A DNA stretch of 64,000 nucleotides, taken from IMG/VR virus record IMGVR_UViG_3300035242_000035, positions 1 through 64,000 of that record. One strand, given 5' to 3'. Position numbers and translations under genes: made by a program. This document shows, piece after piece, positions 17,579-27,369 of this stretch (its first letter is position 1; the number at the start of each line of letters is the position of its first letter). This DNA comes from a virus. The notes under the pieces were generated by a model. It was not told where the DNA came from. It ran no database searches and saw only the letters and a list, made by a program, of their open reading frames with translations.

Positions 17579-19270
17579 TCAGTCCCAGCGGTCCAGCTGG
17601 TAGAACATCTCGCCAAGCTCACCGGTGACGCGGAGCGTGCAGTCCCACCCTTCCCCGTCCCGCCTGAGCAGCAGGCCGCAGGCGGTCGCCTCCTCCTTGC
17701 CAGCGATGGCCGCCTGCCGGCTGTAGGCCTCCAGCGTGGCGCGGACCTGGTGGAACTCGGACTTCAGCATCTCCGGGAAGAGCCCGCCTCCGCGCCCGGC
17801 GGCGTAGTTCAGGTCCCGCGCCCCCTCGAGCAGCAGGAAGACCCTCTGGCCGTGATGGGCGTGGCGGTCTTCGCCCGACCACATGTTGGGGCCCAGCGCG
17901 ACCGCAGCGACGGCCACCCACCCGCCGGGCCGGAGGTTCCACCGAGACGCGTGGGAGCCACTGGCATACACGTACCAGGAGAAGGGGTTGCGCTGCTCCG
18001 GGTTGTCCCACTGGAGGATCGGCGGTGCGCCGGAGTCGGCCGCGGTCAGGAGCGCGGCGTAGCTGCCAGCGAATGGCGCGAGCAGTTCGATCTTCTTCGC
18101 GTCGGGCAACACGGTTCGGCGAAACTTCTCCCAGGTGATCGGCGTGGGCGGCTGCCTGACGCTGGTGGCCACCGCTCCGCGCCCCTTCGCGGCCAGGTGG
18201 CCGAACACGCTGCCGGGATGGGGAGACTTGGGGGCATGGCCATGGCTCGGGCGCCAGAGCGCCTGGACCTCCTCGAGCTTCGCGAACCTGCGGCTGAGGG
18301 ACGGCGCGATCCCCATCTCGGCGACGAGTTTCTCCGCAGCGGCGATGTTACCGGCGCTCGGGGCAGCCTGGGGGCGTTGGTAGAGCAGCGGGTTCATCTT
18401 GGAGTAGAAGCGCTCCTTGATCACCTCGAACGGGAGCCCGGCCTTCACGTCCTCCAACAGGGCGCCGATCATCCCAGATCGGACGTGGCAGAAGCCGGTC
18501 GGGGCCTTCGCCACGGCCCGCCAGGTCAGGTTGGCCGCCCGGTCGCCGCCGTGCGCTGCACCTGGAACGCGCCCAGGGACGAACGTGAGCGTGGAACCTG
18601 GCACCAGCGCCCGCGCTTCGTGCAGGTCCAACAACCAACGGGCCATCCCCTCGCACTTCTCGCTCCTGTAGAGATTGCCGCTGACCAGGAGTTGAAGCGC
18701 GGCGCGCACGGTCTCGGCCGGGAACTCCGCAAGGCCGCGGCACAACATCCCGAACTCCTCGGACTTCTGGGCGGCCAGCTGGTCGGCGCGCTCGGCTGAG
18801 CCCACCAGGACAGATGTGACCGCGGACATGTGGCGCCAGGTTCCACGCTTACTCTCGTTCTGGGGCACACCCCAAGTGCGCTCACTGGTGAAGAAGACGC
18901 TGGAGATCGTCGCGCGCCGGACCATGCGCTGGAGCTCCTCCACCGCACGGTCTAGGCCGGCGCCGACGCCAGCCGGCGCCCAGAACAGCGGGACCAGGAG
19001 CCCGTCGTCGGCCACCGTGACCAGCCCGCCATAGCGCTCGACGAACCGGCGGCAGGCCCGGCAGTTGTAGTGCTGACGCTCCGGTTCGTCCAGGGCGCCC
19101 AGGAAAGCGTCAAACAGCCGTGGCGCCGCGTCGGTCTGGAACAGCGCGGCGCCGGCGCCCGTGGCTGCCAGCGCCCGCTCGCGAAGGGCTACCAGCAGCC
19201 GCCCGTACCCGTCCTCGTCGTGGTGGTGGGCCTTGACTCCTCCGGTCTCGCTCGAAATCGTCGTCTCCAC
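17579..19270 (-). CDS. conserved phage protein of unknown function
   Basis: RQHYNCRACRRF, LYRSEK, FCHVRSGMIG, YQRPQAAP; GTG after GAAAGGAGAGG. Confidence 0.75.
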   Translation of the reverse strand: METTISSETGGVKAHHHDEDGYGRLLVALRERALAATGAGAALFQTDAAPRLFDAFLGALDEPERQHYNCRACRRFVERYGGLVTVADDGLLVPLFWAPAGVGAGLDRAVEELQRMVRRATISSVFFTSERTWGVPQNESKRGTWRHMSAVTSVLVGSAERADQLAAQKSEEFGMLCRGLAEFPAETVRAALQLLVSGNLYRSEKCEGMARWLLDLHEARALVPGSTLTFVPGRVPGAAHGGDRAANLTWRAVAKAPTGFCHVRSGMIGALLEDVKAGLPFEVIKERFYSKMNPLLYQRPQAAPSAGNIAAAEKLVAEMGIAPSLSRRFAKLEEVQALWRPSHGHAPKSPHPGSVFGHLAAKGRGAVATSVRQPPTPITWEKFRRTVLPDAKKIELLAPFAGSYAALLTAADSGAPPILQWDNPEQRNPFSWYVYASGSHASRWNLRPGGWVAVAAVALGPNMWSGEDRHAHHGQRVFLLLEGARDLNYAAGRGGGLFPEMLKSEFHQVRATLEAYSRQAAIAGKEEATACGLLLRRDGEGWDCTLRVTGELGEMFYQLDRWD

Positions 19271-19420
19271 GTCCTCTCCTTTTCGGTGGTGCCGCGCCCG
19301 GAGGAACAAGCACCGCCGCCGGCCGGGGCCCCGGCGTCAGTCTGCGCCGAGGCGCCTTTATGCGGCCTCGTCGCCCTTACTTTCCGGTCAGGATCTTCAC
19401 TCCTGCACAGCCGTCGAAAC

Positions 19421-19603
19421 TCAGCTCTCGTTCCTCTTCCGCAGCGCGGCGGCACGCTCGCGGCGCTTCGTCACGATCGGCTCTTGGCTGTGCGGCATGT
19501 TCCGCCCGCCGAGTTTCCGGGTCTCCTCCTTCCCAAACCCCTCTTGTCTCGAGACTGCTCCGCACTTCGGACACGTCACCTTGCCGTCTGCCCGTGAGGA
19601 CAT
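19421..19603 (-). CDS. small Zn-ribbon basic protein
   Basis: strong SD, CPKC; first gene behind promoter copy 2. Confidence 0.55.
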   Translation of the reverse strand: MSSRADGKVTCPKCGAVSRQEGFGKEETRKLGGRNMPHSQEPIVTKRRERAAALRKRNES

Positions 19604-19657
19604 CGCCCCTCTCCTTTTTCTCGGCGGCCGGTGAGACCCGGTCGACCGATGGACCGA

Positions 19658-19685
19658 ACAATACGCACTCGGATTCCGATTGCAA
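19658..19685 (-). promoter_or_regulatory. sigma70-like promoter/operator, copy 2
   Basis: TTGCAA-TCGGAATCCGAGTGCG-TATTGT. Confidence 0.7.
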
Positions 19686-19696
19686 GCAGAAATGGA

Positions 19697-20281
19697 TCAG
19701 GACCCCGATGCGCCGCCCGGCAGCCCCGCGCGCGTCTTTACAAACTCTGCTCTCGCCTTGGCCTTCTCCGCCTCTGGCGCGAACCCCTCCTCTTGAAGCC
19801 ACCACGCGATGAAGCTCCACCAGAAGGCCGCGCTCGGTCGGTTGTTGGTGAATCCGATGTGGCACGCACGACACCAGGCGGCGCATGTGCGGACGGATTC
19901 CAGGAGACGACCGCGACCTCTTCCGAAGAGGTGAGACAATTCCGCTGGCGCGTTGTCGCACCGGCTGCCACCGCCCACCCCGAACCATAGCGGGCCCGGA
20001 CCTTCACATCGGCCATTGGCGCGCTCGAACACACCTATCCGGATGGCAGCGCGACGGTCGCGGGCGCTCGCCCTCCTGGTCTTCACGGAGGACACTCGTT
20101 CCGCTCGCGTCGGCTTCGGGAGCGTCGTTGTGACCCTGACGGCGACACGGCCGCGGCGGCCAGCGAGTTGGACCAGAGCCCCGGCCACCTCGCGCTCATC
20201 GCTCGCAGAAAGGCGCCCGCTCTCCTTGGCGATGCGGGCCGCCTCGGTGAGGGCGCCCAGCGCGCGCCGCGACAGCCTCAC
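19697..20281 (-). CDS. HNH-like nuclease
   Basis: VFERANGRCE...C...ELSHLFGRG...WCRACH; GTGA overlap with ERF stop. Confidence 0.6.
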   Translation of the reverse strand: MRLSRRALGALTEAARIAKESGRLSASDEREVAGALVQLAGRRGRVAVRVTTTLPKPTRAERVSSVKTRRASARDRRAAIRIGVFERANGRCEGPGPLWFGVGGGSRCDNAPAELSHLFGRGRGRLLESVRTCAAWCRACHIGFTNNRPSAAFWWSFIAWWLQEEGFAPEAEKAKARAEFVKTRAGLPGGASGS

Positions 20282-21168
20282 GAGCTCTTGCCCTGGCTCG
20301 CGGTGATCCGGCGCTCCACCTCGGCGCCGAGCACCTCCAGGCACCTGTTCACCGCCGGAACCCAATCCGCCTTGGGGCTGTCGGCGACGGCCTTCCGGCC
20401 CTCCTCGAGCGCCTCAGTGACCGCCTCGTCGCTGAGCTGGACGATGGGCTTGCCCTTGTGCTTCCCGAAGAGAACGGTGGTCGGTGGTTTCGGGACGGGG
20501 TTGGCGTCGGTCCCTTTCCGCGCGGCAGCCTGGGCGGCCTGCTCGCGGGCCCGCTCCAGGTTGCTCTGTCGGCGCTCACCGTCCCAGGCGTTGCCGTCGT
20601 CGTCCTCGTCGTCCCCAGCGGCGACGCCGACCATCGCCGACAGCGCGTACCTGCGTGCATAGGTGAACGCAGCACCGATCGCCTGGATCCAGGTCTGCTT
20701 GTTGCCCAACTTGCTGACCACCCTCTCCATGGGGACCGTCAGCACGTCGAGCACCCACTGCCCGCTCGAGTGGGTCAAGAGGGTCGTCACGGTGACGCGC
20801 CCCTCCACGTCCGAGAGGTAGGAGATCTCGTGGGCGCGCTGGATGACCGCCAGCCCGTTCTTCGAGAGCGGCTCCCGGCAGGCGTCGATCACGGACGCGA
20901 GCGTGGCGTAGCGGGACCGCAGCTGGTCATTCTCCCGGTCCTTGGCGGCGTGGCGCATCTCGCCCTGTGCGGCGGCGAGCGCGGCGGCGAGCTGGTCGAT
21001 CTCGACGGATTGGTGCTGAGCTCGCGCCTGCCCGTCCACGCGCTGCTGCTTGGCCCCCTCGGCGACGCGGGCGGCCGTCTCCTCCAGCAACTGCGCCACG
21101 TCGGGCAACCCGTAAAGACGCGCGCGCTTGGCGGCGTCAAGGAACTCCCTCGGTTCGATCTTGCTCAT
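20278..21168 (-). CDS. erf: ERF-family ssDNA annealing protein
   Basis: LAAALAAAQ, RYATLASVIDA, LTHSSGQW, IGAAFTYARRYAL, DDDGN. Confidence 0.9.
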   Translation of the reverse strand: MSKIEPREFLDAAKRARLYGLPDVAQLLEETAARVAEGAKQQRVDGQARAQHQSVEIDQLAAALAAAQGEMRHAAKDRENDQLRSRYATLASVIDACREPLSKNGLAVIQRAHEISYLSDVEGRVTVTTLLTHSSGQWVLDVLTVPMERVVSKLGNKQTWIQAIGAAFTYARRYALSAMVGVAAGDDEDDDGNAWDGERRQSNLERAREQAAQAAARKGTDANPVPKPPTTVLFGKHKGKPIVQLSDEAVTEALEEGRKAVADSPKADWVPAVNRCLEVLGAEVERRITASQGKSS

Positions 21169-21220
21169 GTGCCTCTCCTTTCCACTGCGTGAAATTCGTA
21201 GGACCGAAACATCTCCGGGG

Positions 21221-22336
21221 CTACGTCCCATCGGTCAGCACCTTTCGCGCCACGTCGGGCAGCGCCTCGGCGAGTTGGTCCTCCAGTTTCTCGCGGCTCC
21301 ACGGCTTGTGCAGGCGCCTGTGGCCCTTGGTGACCACCGTGTTCCCGTCCACCGCGGCACGGAAGACGCGCCCGGCCACGCCCATCTGCTCGTCCGTCGG
21401 CCCGTTCGGGCAGAGTGCGCCGAGCATCCCCTGCAGCACGTCGCGCGCCGCCTTCTCCCACTTCGTGTTCGTGCTGCCCCTGGTCCGCTTCCAGGTGACC
21501 ACCCCGCGCGCGGTCTCCAGCCCCTCGGCCTCGCCGATTGCGGAGGTGATGACGTTCTTCTCCTTGGCCACTTCCTCCTCCAAGCGCTTGCCGACCAGTT
21601 CCAGCATGCGCAGGCGCTCCACAGAGGCGGCGAGTTGGGGGTCCGCGACCTTGAGAATCGAGCCGGGCGTGTGCTCTGGGTAGTACGTCTTGAGGAAGTT
21701 GGCGTAAGAGGCGCTCGCGTCCGGCGGGGGCGGGCGGCGAGTCAGCACGTGGTCGGTCCAGAACCGCGCCCCGAGCTCCACCAGCGCGTTGAAGTACTGG
21801 TCGTCGAACGGCACCGTGTAGATCCAGAATACCGAGCGGTCGAACAGCACGGCCACGTCGCACAGCCCGACGCCGGACACGCCCATCTCCCAGGTGACCT
21901 GCGCGAGTTCGTCCTGCGGTAGGCCGGTCGGGTCTTCGTCCGGGTCTCGGTAGTGCTCCAGCAGGCGCCACGAATGGTTCTTCACCTGCAGGAGCCGCTC
22001 GATGCTGCCCCAGTCCTCCGTCTCCAGGCGCGGCTGCGGGCCGGAGTGGACGCAGCGGTCCGGAGTCGCCAGCGCGAAGGCGTGGCGTCCGCTCCGGATC
22101 GTCCCGGGGTTGGTCAGGTAGATGCGGCCGGTCCGGCGGGAGTACACCTCGGCGATGGGCGCCTCGAACAGGTCCCCCAGCTCCATCTGCAGGGTCTGCT
22201 CCTTCTCCCAGCCGAGCACCTTGCTCGCGTAAATGTGCGCGGGCGAGGTCCACCTGGACAGCCCCGCGATGGCCGCGATCTCGCTCGCGCCGATGCCGGA
22301 CCGCCTCAGCTCCAACTGCTCCCTGGTCAGCGGCAC
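21221..22336 (-). CDS. YqaJ / lambda-exonuclease family
   Basis: RRSGIGASEIAAIAG, LGDLFE, ATPDR, QVK, Q...MGV. Confidence 0.85.
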   Translation of the reverse strand: MPLTREQLELRRSGIGASEIAAIAGLSRWTSPAHIYASKVLGWEKEQTLQMELGDLFEAPIAEVYSRRTGRIYLTNPGTIRSGRHAFALATPDRCVHSGPQPRLETEDWGSIERLLQVKNHSWRLLEHYRDPDEDPTGLPQDELAQVTWEMGVSGVGLCDVAVLFDRSVFWIYTVPFDDQYFNALVELGARFWTDHVLTRRPPPPDASASYANFLKTYYPEHTPGSILKVADPQLAASVERLRMLELVGKRLEEEVAKEKNVITSAIGEAEGLETARGVVTWKRTRGSTNTKWEKAARDVLQGMLGALCPNGPTDEQMGVAGRVFRAAVDGNTVVTKGHRRLHKPWSREKLEDQLAEALPDVARKVLTDGT

Positions 22337-22665
22337 GTCGCCCTCCTCCCCGGTGCTGGCTCCACGCCGCACCCGGTGAGTCGGTCGACCTCCTCGGCGA
22401 GGATCCAGGCGTGGCAGGCGACCGCATCGGGCGGACACGCGCAGAGGAGCCGTTTGCCAGCCAGGCCGAAGAGGTGATCCGTGAACCACGGCCCCGTGCG
22501 CTCGATGCTGCGGCGTAGCCACTCTCGGTAGAGATCGAGGGCGCGCCAGCCGTACCGCTGCACGGTGTACGGGTTGCCCCAGGGGCCGGGCCGCGTGACG
22601 AGGACGTCCCGCTCTTCCGGTTCCCCTCGGCTGCGCAGACTGGCGACTTGGATTGGGGACATCAC
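22327..22665 (-). CDS. DUF4326 protein
   Basis: RPGPWGNPY...YREWL...LAGKRLLCAC.P..CHA. Confidence 0.8.
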   Translation of the reverse strand: MMSPIQVASLRSRGEPEERDVLVTRPGPWGNPYTVQRYGWRALDLYREWLRRSIERTGPWFTDHLFGLAGKRLLCACPPDAVACHAWILAEEVDRLTGCGVEPAPGRRATCR

Positions 22666-23003
22666 CGACCCTCGGTCTTGGCGATGGCGGCGCCTGCGAC
22701 GGTGAGGAGCTGTCTCCGCGTGAGCGCCGGCCTGCCGACGTTCGGATCGAGCCCGAGCCCGCGGTGAATGGTCCGCAGCGCCTTCAACGCCTGGGGCGCC
22801 GCATCTGCTCGGCGCACGACCTCCGGCGTGGCCTCGGCGAGGAGGGCGCGGGCCTGCTCGCAGTTAACGTAATGCCCCACCGCGCTCGCCTCTTCGGAAT
22901 ACCTCCGCCAGTAACACGGAGCCGCGGCGCCGTGTGTGGCACAGTTCCTCGTGTACAGCGCTTGCCGCGAACTCGCGCAACCGCTCGACGATGCCCTTGG
23001 TGC

Positions 23004-23231
23004 TCATGACCGCCTCCACCTGGAAATCTCCTCTGGCCACATGGTCAGAGCGTCTCTCCGCTCGAACCCCTCCACCCACACGACGTACATGCCGCTGTCG
23101 CGTAGGTACGAGACGATCACCCCCAACTTGCCGACGAGCGCTTGGGGGGTTCTCGACGCCGTCTCTGGCACCAACCGCAGCAAGTCGCCGTCGAAGCCGT
23201 CGCACCAGAACCGCTCGGGCGTGGCGTTCAT
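23004..23231 (-). CDS. hypothetical protein
   Basis: ATGA overlap with upstream gene. Confidence 0.45.
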   Translation of the reverse strand: MNATPERFWCDGFDGDLLRLVPETASRTPQALVGKLGVIVSYLRDSGMYVVWVEGFERRDALTMWPEEISRWRRS

Positions 23232-24088
23232 CCCCCAACTCCGGCGCCGGTCCCTGTCGCGCCCTCGGCGATCATTCGGTCTAGTAGGTCGAGCGCCGAC
23301 CGCTGGAGGCGCTCGACGGTGCCCGCGAGGGCTTGCTCGGCCGCGCTCCAGGCCGCGCTCTCGGCCGCGCTCTCGGCCGCGCTCCTGGCCGCGCTCTCGG
23401 CCGCGCTCCAGGCCGCGCTCTCGGCCGCGCTCTCGGCCGCGCTCCTGGCCGCGCTCTCGGCCGCGCTCCAGGCCGCGCTCTCGGCCGCGCTCCTGGCCGC
23501 GCTCTCGGCCGCGCTCCAGGCCGCGCTCTCGGCCGCGCTCTCGGCCGCGCTCCAGGCCGCGCTCTCGGCCGCGCTCCTGGCCGCGCTCTCGGCCGCGCTC
23601 CAGGCCGCGCTCCAGGCCGCGCTCTCGGCCGCGCTCTCGGCCGCGCTCAACGGGCCCTGAGCGTCCCCCGTGGTGGCGATGTCCACGATCTGCGCCAGCG
23701 AGCGGAGCGCGGCGGCCTCATTGTACAGATTCGCCAGCTCGAGCCAGGTGGGCGCGAAGGTGCGGACGTACCAGTCGATCGCGAGGTACGCCCGCCGCTT
23801 CTCGACCTCCGCCGGCGCTGCCGTGCCGACGAGCCGGAGCACGTACGGCTTGAGCCACTGGCGTCGCTCGTCGTCCAGGCTGTCGTTCCAGTCGCGCAGG
23901 AAGGCGCCAATGGACTCGCTCGCGCACCGCGGATGGTCGCTGTGCGGCTCGCGAGCGACGAAGGCCACCGCTTCCATCACGCAGCACCCGTCCTCTGGCG
24001 AACGGTGGGATCCGTGCGCGAGAGTGAGCCGCGCAAGGAACGTCTCTATCTCGGCCCGCCGCTCGGGGCCGACGTCTGGCGCGCTCAT
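23228..24088 (-). CDS. phage protein with SAA(E/W/R) tetrapeptide array
   Basis: GSH...GCCVMEAVAFVAREPHSDHPRCAS..I...WND N-domain, then Ala-rich array. Confidence 0.8.
   Translation of the reverse strand: MSAPDVGPERRAEIETFLARLTLAHGSHRSPEDGCCVMEAVAFVAREPHSDHPRCASESIGAFLRDWNDSLDDERRQWLKPYVLRLVGTAAPAEVEKRRAYLAIDWYVRTFAPTWLELANLYNEAAALRSLAQIVDIATTGDAQGPLSAAESAAESAAWSAAWSAAESAARSAAESAAWSAAESAAESAAWSAAESAARSAAESAAWSAAESAARSAAESAAESAAWSAAESAARSAAESAAESAAWSAAEQALAGTVERLQRSALDLLDRMIAEGATGTGAGVGG
23336..23647 (-). repeat. 26 x 12-bp coding tandem repeat AGCGCGGCC(GAG/TGG/AGG)
   Basis: read and counted directly. Confidence 0.95.
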
Positions 24089-24243
24089 CGCCCGCCTCGC
24101 GGCAGCCAGCCCGCGCCGGAGCCGATCATCTCGGTGAGCGCGCCGTCTGGGAGTTGGACGCTGGGGTTCCTGCGCCAGCGCGTACTGGGGACCACGGCGG
24201 AGAACGCCTCGAAGCCCACAGCCCTGGGCACGAGAATCAACAT
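24085..24243 (-). CDS. 52-aa hypothetical protein
   Basis: GAAAGGAGAGG SD, ATGA overlap with next gene. Confidence 0.45.
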   Translation of the reverse strand: MLILVPRAVGFEAFSAVVPSTRWRRNPSVQLPDGALTEMIGSGAGWLPRGGR

Positions 24244-24272
24244 GTTGGTTCCTCTCCTTTCGACAGCAGGAC

Positions 24273-24476
24273 TCAAGCGCTTGGAGACGTGCCCCGATCC
24301 CGCGCCTCCAACGCCTCTCCAAGGAGTACGCGCACAACGTCGGAGACCGTCGTCTTCATTCGCGGTCGGCTCTCCTTTTCCTTCCTCAACTCCGCGTCGA
24401 GCCGTATACGGATGTCGTCTGGCAACTTGACGGAGATGAGGTATCCGAATTCGCCGGTGAATTTCTTTTTCGCCAT
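24273..24476 (-). CDS. small ribbon-helix-helix-like regulator
   Basis: 'ISVKLPDDIRIRLDAE...TVSDVVRVLLGEAL'; sits at the strand switch. Confidence 0.65.
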   Translation of the reverse strand: MAKKKFTGEFGYLISVKLPDDIRIRLDAELRKEKESRPRMKTTVSDVVRVLLGEALEARDRGTSPSA

Positions 24477-24569
24477 GCGCTGGGTATCGCACGGGTCTGT
24501 CTCTGCTGTCAACGCCCGTATACCCGTCTTGACAGACGCCTGCCTGCCGTGTGAGACAGTGGGCAATCC
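24477..24569. promoter_or_regulatory. divergent promoter pair
   Basis: TTGACA on minus (24507-24512) and plus (24529-24534) strands between divergent genes. Confidence 0.6.
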
Positions 24570-25487
24570 ATGCCGACCCGCATGCTCCACGAGTCGCTGC
24601 TCACCTCGCCGTCCCTCAAGGTCTGCAGCGCGCGTGCTCAGGACGCCTTCCACCGCTTCATCCTGCTGGCGGACGATTTCGGCTGCTTCGAGGTTTCGCC
24701 GCGCCTGCTGATCGGGCGCGGCTGGCCCTACCGCAACGACGTCTCCGAGGAAGATGTTCTGGGGTGGTTGGAAGAGTATGGGCACGCGCGCTCGCCGGAA
24801 GATCCCGGCGCGGTGCCGATGGCCATCTTTTGGGTGGACGGAGGTAGGCGCTGGGGCCACCTAACCGGATGGTTCGGCCCGCACGGTCAGCGTAGGCGCG
24901 AGGAGTACAGCACCTCCAACCCGAAGGGGTCCAGACGCAAGACCCCGAGGCCTCCAGCTAACCTATTGGAACGACTTCCCGCGGATTTCCCGCGAGACGG
25001 CCCGCGGGAAACTACCGGGAAATTCGGTTTCCCGCCGCTGCAGTCGCAGTCGCAGTCGCAGTCGCAGTCGCAGTCGCAGTCGCAGTCGCAGTTAGAAGAT
25101 CTACGTCATGGTGTCCTCTTCCCCGAACTGCAACCCCCAAAGCGGGAGCGCAAGGAAAGCGAGGCCGAAGAGTGGTTTGAGGTGTGCGTTGAGGGCGAAA
25201 GGCGAGTGAAACTGCTCGAGGAAAACGGGGGGGACTTCGAAGTTGCGCCCCTACGTGCAGCCGAACGAGGTCTTACTGCGCCTTACATCAACGCCCAGGT
25301 GAAACGCCTCCGCGAGTGGGCGAAGCTGCCACTTTTTGGCGAAACCAAGGGACAGGTCGCCATGACTGCCGTCTGGTGTGCGTATCTTGACGACCCGGCG
25401 AACGCTGGGCGCGATCCGGCCTACAGCTTTCGTTACTTCTGCAGCGAGAACGTCTTCCAGAAGTACCTCGGGAGGGTGGCCGCATGA
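24570..25487 (+). CDS. phage replication initiator (lambda O-like organisation)
   Basis: N-terminal 'RFILLADDFG' domain, low-complexity linker, upstream of DnaB-like helicase. Confidence 0.7.
   Translation: MPTRMLHESLLTSPSLKVCSARAQDAFHRFILLADDFGCFEVSPRLLIGRGWPYRNDVSEEDVLGWLEEYGHARSPEDPGAVPMAIFWVDGGRRWGHLTGWFGPHGQRRREEYSTSNPKGSRRKTPRPPANLLERLPADFPRDGPRETTGKFGFPPLQSQSQSQSQSQSQSQSQLEDLRHGVLFPELQPPKRERKESEAEEWFEVCVEGERRVKLLEENGGDFEVAPLRAAERGLTAPYINAQVKRLREWAKLPLFGETKGQVAMTAVWCAYLDDPANAGRDPAYSFRYFCSENVFQKYLGRVAA
24975..25035. repeat. iteron-like cluster (5 x TTCCCG core, both orientations); putative origin
   Basis: copies at 24975, 24986, 25003(rc), 25015(rc), 25028. Confidence 0.5.
25041..25092 (+). 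repeat. (CAGTCG)8 microsatellite encoding poly-QS
   Basis: read directly. Confidence 0.95.
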
Positions 25488-26992
25488 CGCCAGCTGCTGC
25501 CGAGTGGTTGATCATCGGCGCGGTGCTCGACGCCGAAGCGATGAAGATCTCACCGCGCGAGTTGGTTGAGGCGTCCGGGCTCTGTGGTGCGGACTTTTCG
25601 GACCCGCGCACTCGGTCCACCTGGCTGTCGATCACCAGCCTCGCGGAGCACAAGCGGCCGGTGTCGGCGTCCACCGTCTTCATGGCGGCGCGCGCCGCCG
25701 GTCAGTTGGCCGAGCACGACCTGGCCACGCTGCAGACGCTGCAGGCGCGGAACGCCGTGACGCGAGAGCAGTTCAAACAGCTCGCAGAGACCTTCCGCCA
25801 CGCCGCGCGTGGACAGCAGGTCGCCCAGCGACTGCGCCAGATGGCCGATGACCTCGAGCAAAGGCGAGTCAGTCCGTCGACCATCTCAGGGAGCCTTGAG
25901 GGGCTCGCCGCCAACCTCACCTCGCAGTGGGCGCCCGATCACCGCGGTGACGAAGATCTCCACGAGGTGCTCGGTGAGTGGGACCACGCCGGACAACCAG
26001 GCGGCAGGCCGTTGGTCGTCCCGACCGGCATCGAAGCGCTAGACGCTGGAGATCTGAAGTTCAGGGGGTGGGCGCCGAACCTCAATTTGGTCATCGGCCA
26101 GCCGTCGGTTGGTAAGTCGGCCGTGGAGGCGGCCTGCATCATCGCGGCGCTCCGGGCGGGCCGGAGGCCGGGCATCTTTGGGATCGAGGACGGCACCAAG
26201 TGGCTCACTCGCCGGTTCATCGCGGCGGAGTTGGGGATCGCGGTGGCCGATGTCGGGACCGTGCCGTACACGGAGGAGCAGGCGGGCCGGATTCAAGGGA
26301 AGGGCCAAGAGTGGTCGGAGTTGCTACGAAACCTGATCACCTTCAAGTCGAGCCACGTCAACGCGGACGAGCTCATCCGCAGGTCCGTCCACTGGATTCG
26401 AAACGAGGGCGTGACGGAAATTTGGGTTGACCACCTCGGGCAGATTTCACACCGCCGCCAATACGGTGAGGACACCAGGCACGCGATCGGACGCACCCTG
26501 CTCAACATCCGCGCTGCTGGCGAGCGTTACCAGACGCCCATGATCGTCTTGGCCCACACGTCGCGACCAGACCCAAAGGACAGAGAGGAGCGGCCACCGC
26601 TCATGACGGAGATCGCCGAGTCCGCGATCGCTGAGCGGTCGGCATACAAGATCATCGGGCTGTGGCGAAAGAACGGCGAGATGCGAGCCACCATTTTGAA
26701 GAACAAGGACGGCAGGCGAGACGTCACGGTGGGCCTAAACGTGTTCCATGACGCGGCATTGGTGGACGCCGCGGGTGGCGAGGTCGTGGATCTTGGCAAG
26801 GAACGAGGCGCCGAGAGAGCCGCGCGGGAGGCGGAGCGCGAGGAGAGGCTCAAAAAGGTCCGGGCCCAGCGATTCGAGGAGACGCAGGAGCGAAAGCGCA
26901 AGGCGGCCCGTGAGCGCGCTCGCGAGGGTCGCCTCTTCGACGAAACGGAAGAGAAGAGCTCTGCGCCAGCCAAGACGGAGGCGAAGGCGTGA
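25484..26992 (+). CDS. DnaB-like replicative helicase
   Basis: AEWLIIGAVL N-domain, PTGIEALD, Walker A GQPSVGKS, WVDHL, ILKNKDG. Confidence 0.85.
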   Translation: MTPAAAEWLIIGAVLDAEAMKISPRELVEASGLCGADFSDPRTRSTWLSITSLAEHKRPVSASTVFMAARAAGQLAEHDLATLQTLQARNAVTREQFKQLAETFRHAARGQQVAQRLRQMADDLEQRRVSPSTISGSLEGLAANLTSQWAPDHRGDEDLHEVLGEWDHAGQPGGRPLVVPTGIEALDAGDLKFRGWAPNLNLVIGQPSVGKSAVEAACIIAALRAGRRPGIFGIEDGTKWLTRRFIAAELGIAVADVGTVPYTEEQAGRIQGKGQEWSELLRNLITFKSSHVNADELIRRSVHWIRNEGVTEIWVDHLGQISHRRQYGEDTRHAIGRTLLNIRAAGERYQTPMIVLAHTSRPDPKDREERPPLMTEIAESAIAERSAYKIIGLWRKNGEMRATILKNKDGRRDVTVGLNVFHDAALVDAAGGEVVDLGKERGAERAAREAEREERLKKVRAQRFEETQERKRKAARERAREGRLFDETEEKSSAPAKTEAKA

Positions 26993-27369
26993 CCACATCG
27001 ACGGTGCTCAGGAAAGCGCGGCGCCTGTTCGAGGCTGGGTGGAATGAATCGTCATGGGGGTCCTCTGGTATACGCACGTGGTCCGTCAAGGTGTCGATCG
27101 ATGCTTGCGCCACCGACCCAGGGCATCTCGCCGCAGCGTCCCGCCTGCTAGAGCACGTCGCCCTGCCAGACAAAGCCCCCTCCGATGCGGTAATCGCGGC
27201 CCACATCGAGGGGCGCGTGACGGACGAGAACGTTGCGAGCCCGACCGAAGTCCCAGGGGCCGGCTCGCGCTTGCGTGATTGGCTGGAGTCGCCGGACCGA
27301 AGGCTGACGGAAGTGATCGCGGTGTTCGACGCGGCGACCCTTCGAGCAAAAATGCTGGAGGGCGATTGA
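26989..27369 (+). CDS. hypothetical protein
   Basis: GTGA overlap with helicase. Confidence 0.55.
   Translation: MTTSTVLRKARRLFEAGWNESSWGSSGIRTWSVKVSIDACATDPGHLAAASRLLEHVALPDKAPSDAVIAAHIEGRVTDENVASPTEVPGAGSRLRDWLESPDRRLTEVIAVFDAATLRAKMLEGD

Noticed and set aside
23336-23647. Possible CRISPR array or DGR variable repeat
   Set aside because: Contiguous 12-bp in-frame units with no unique spacers; no reverse transcriptase or template repeat seen
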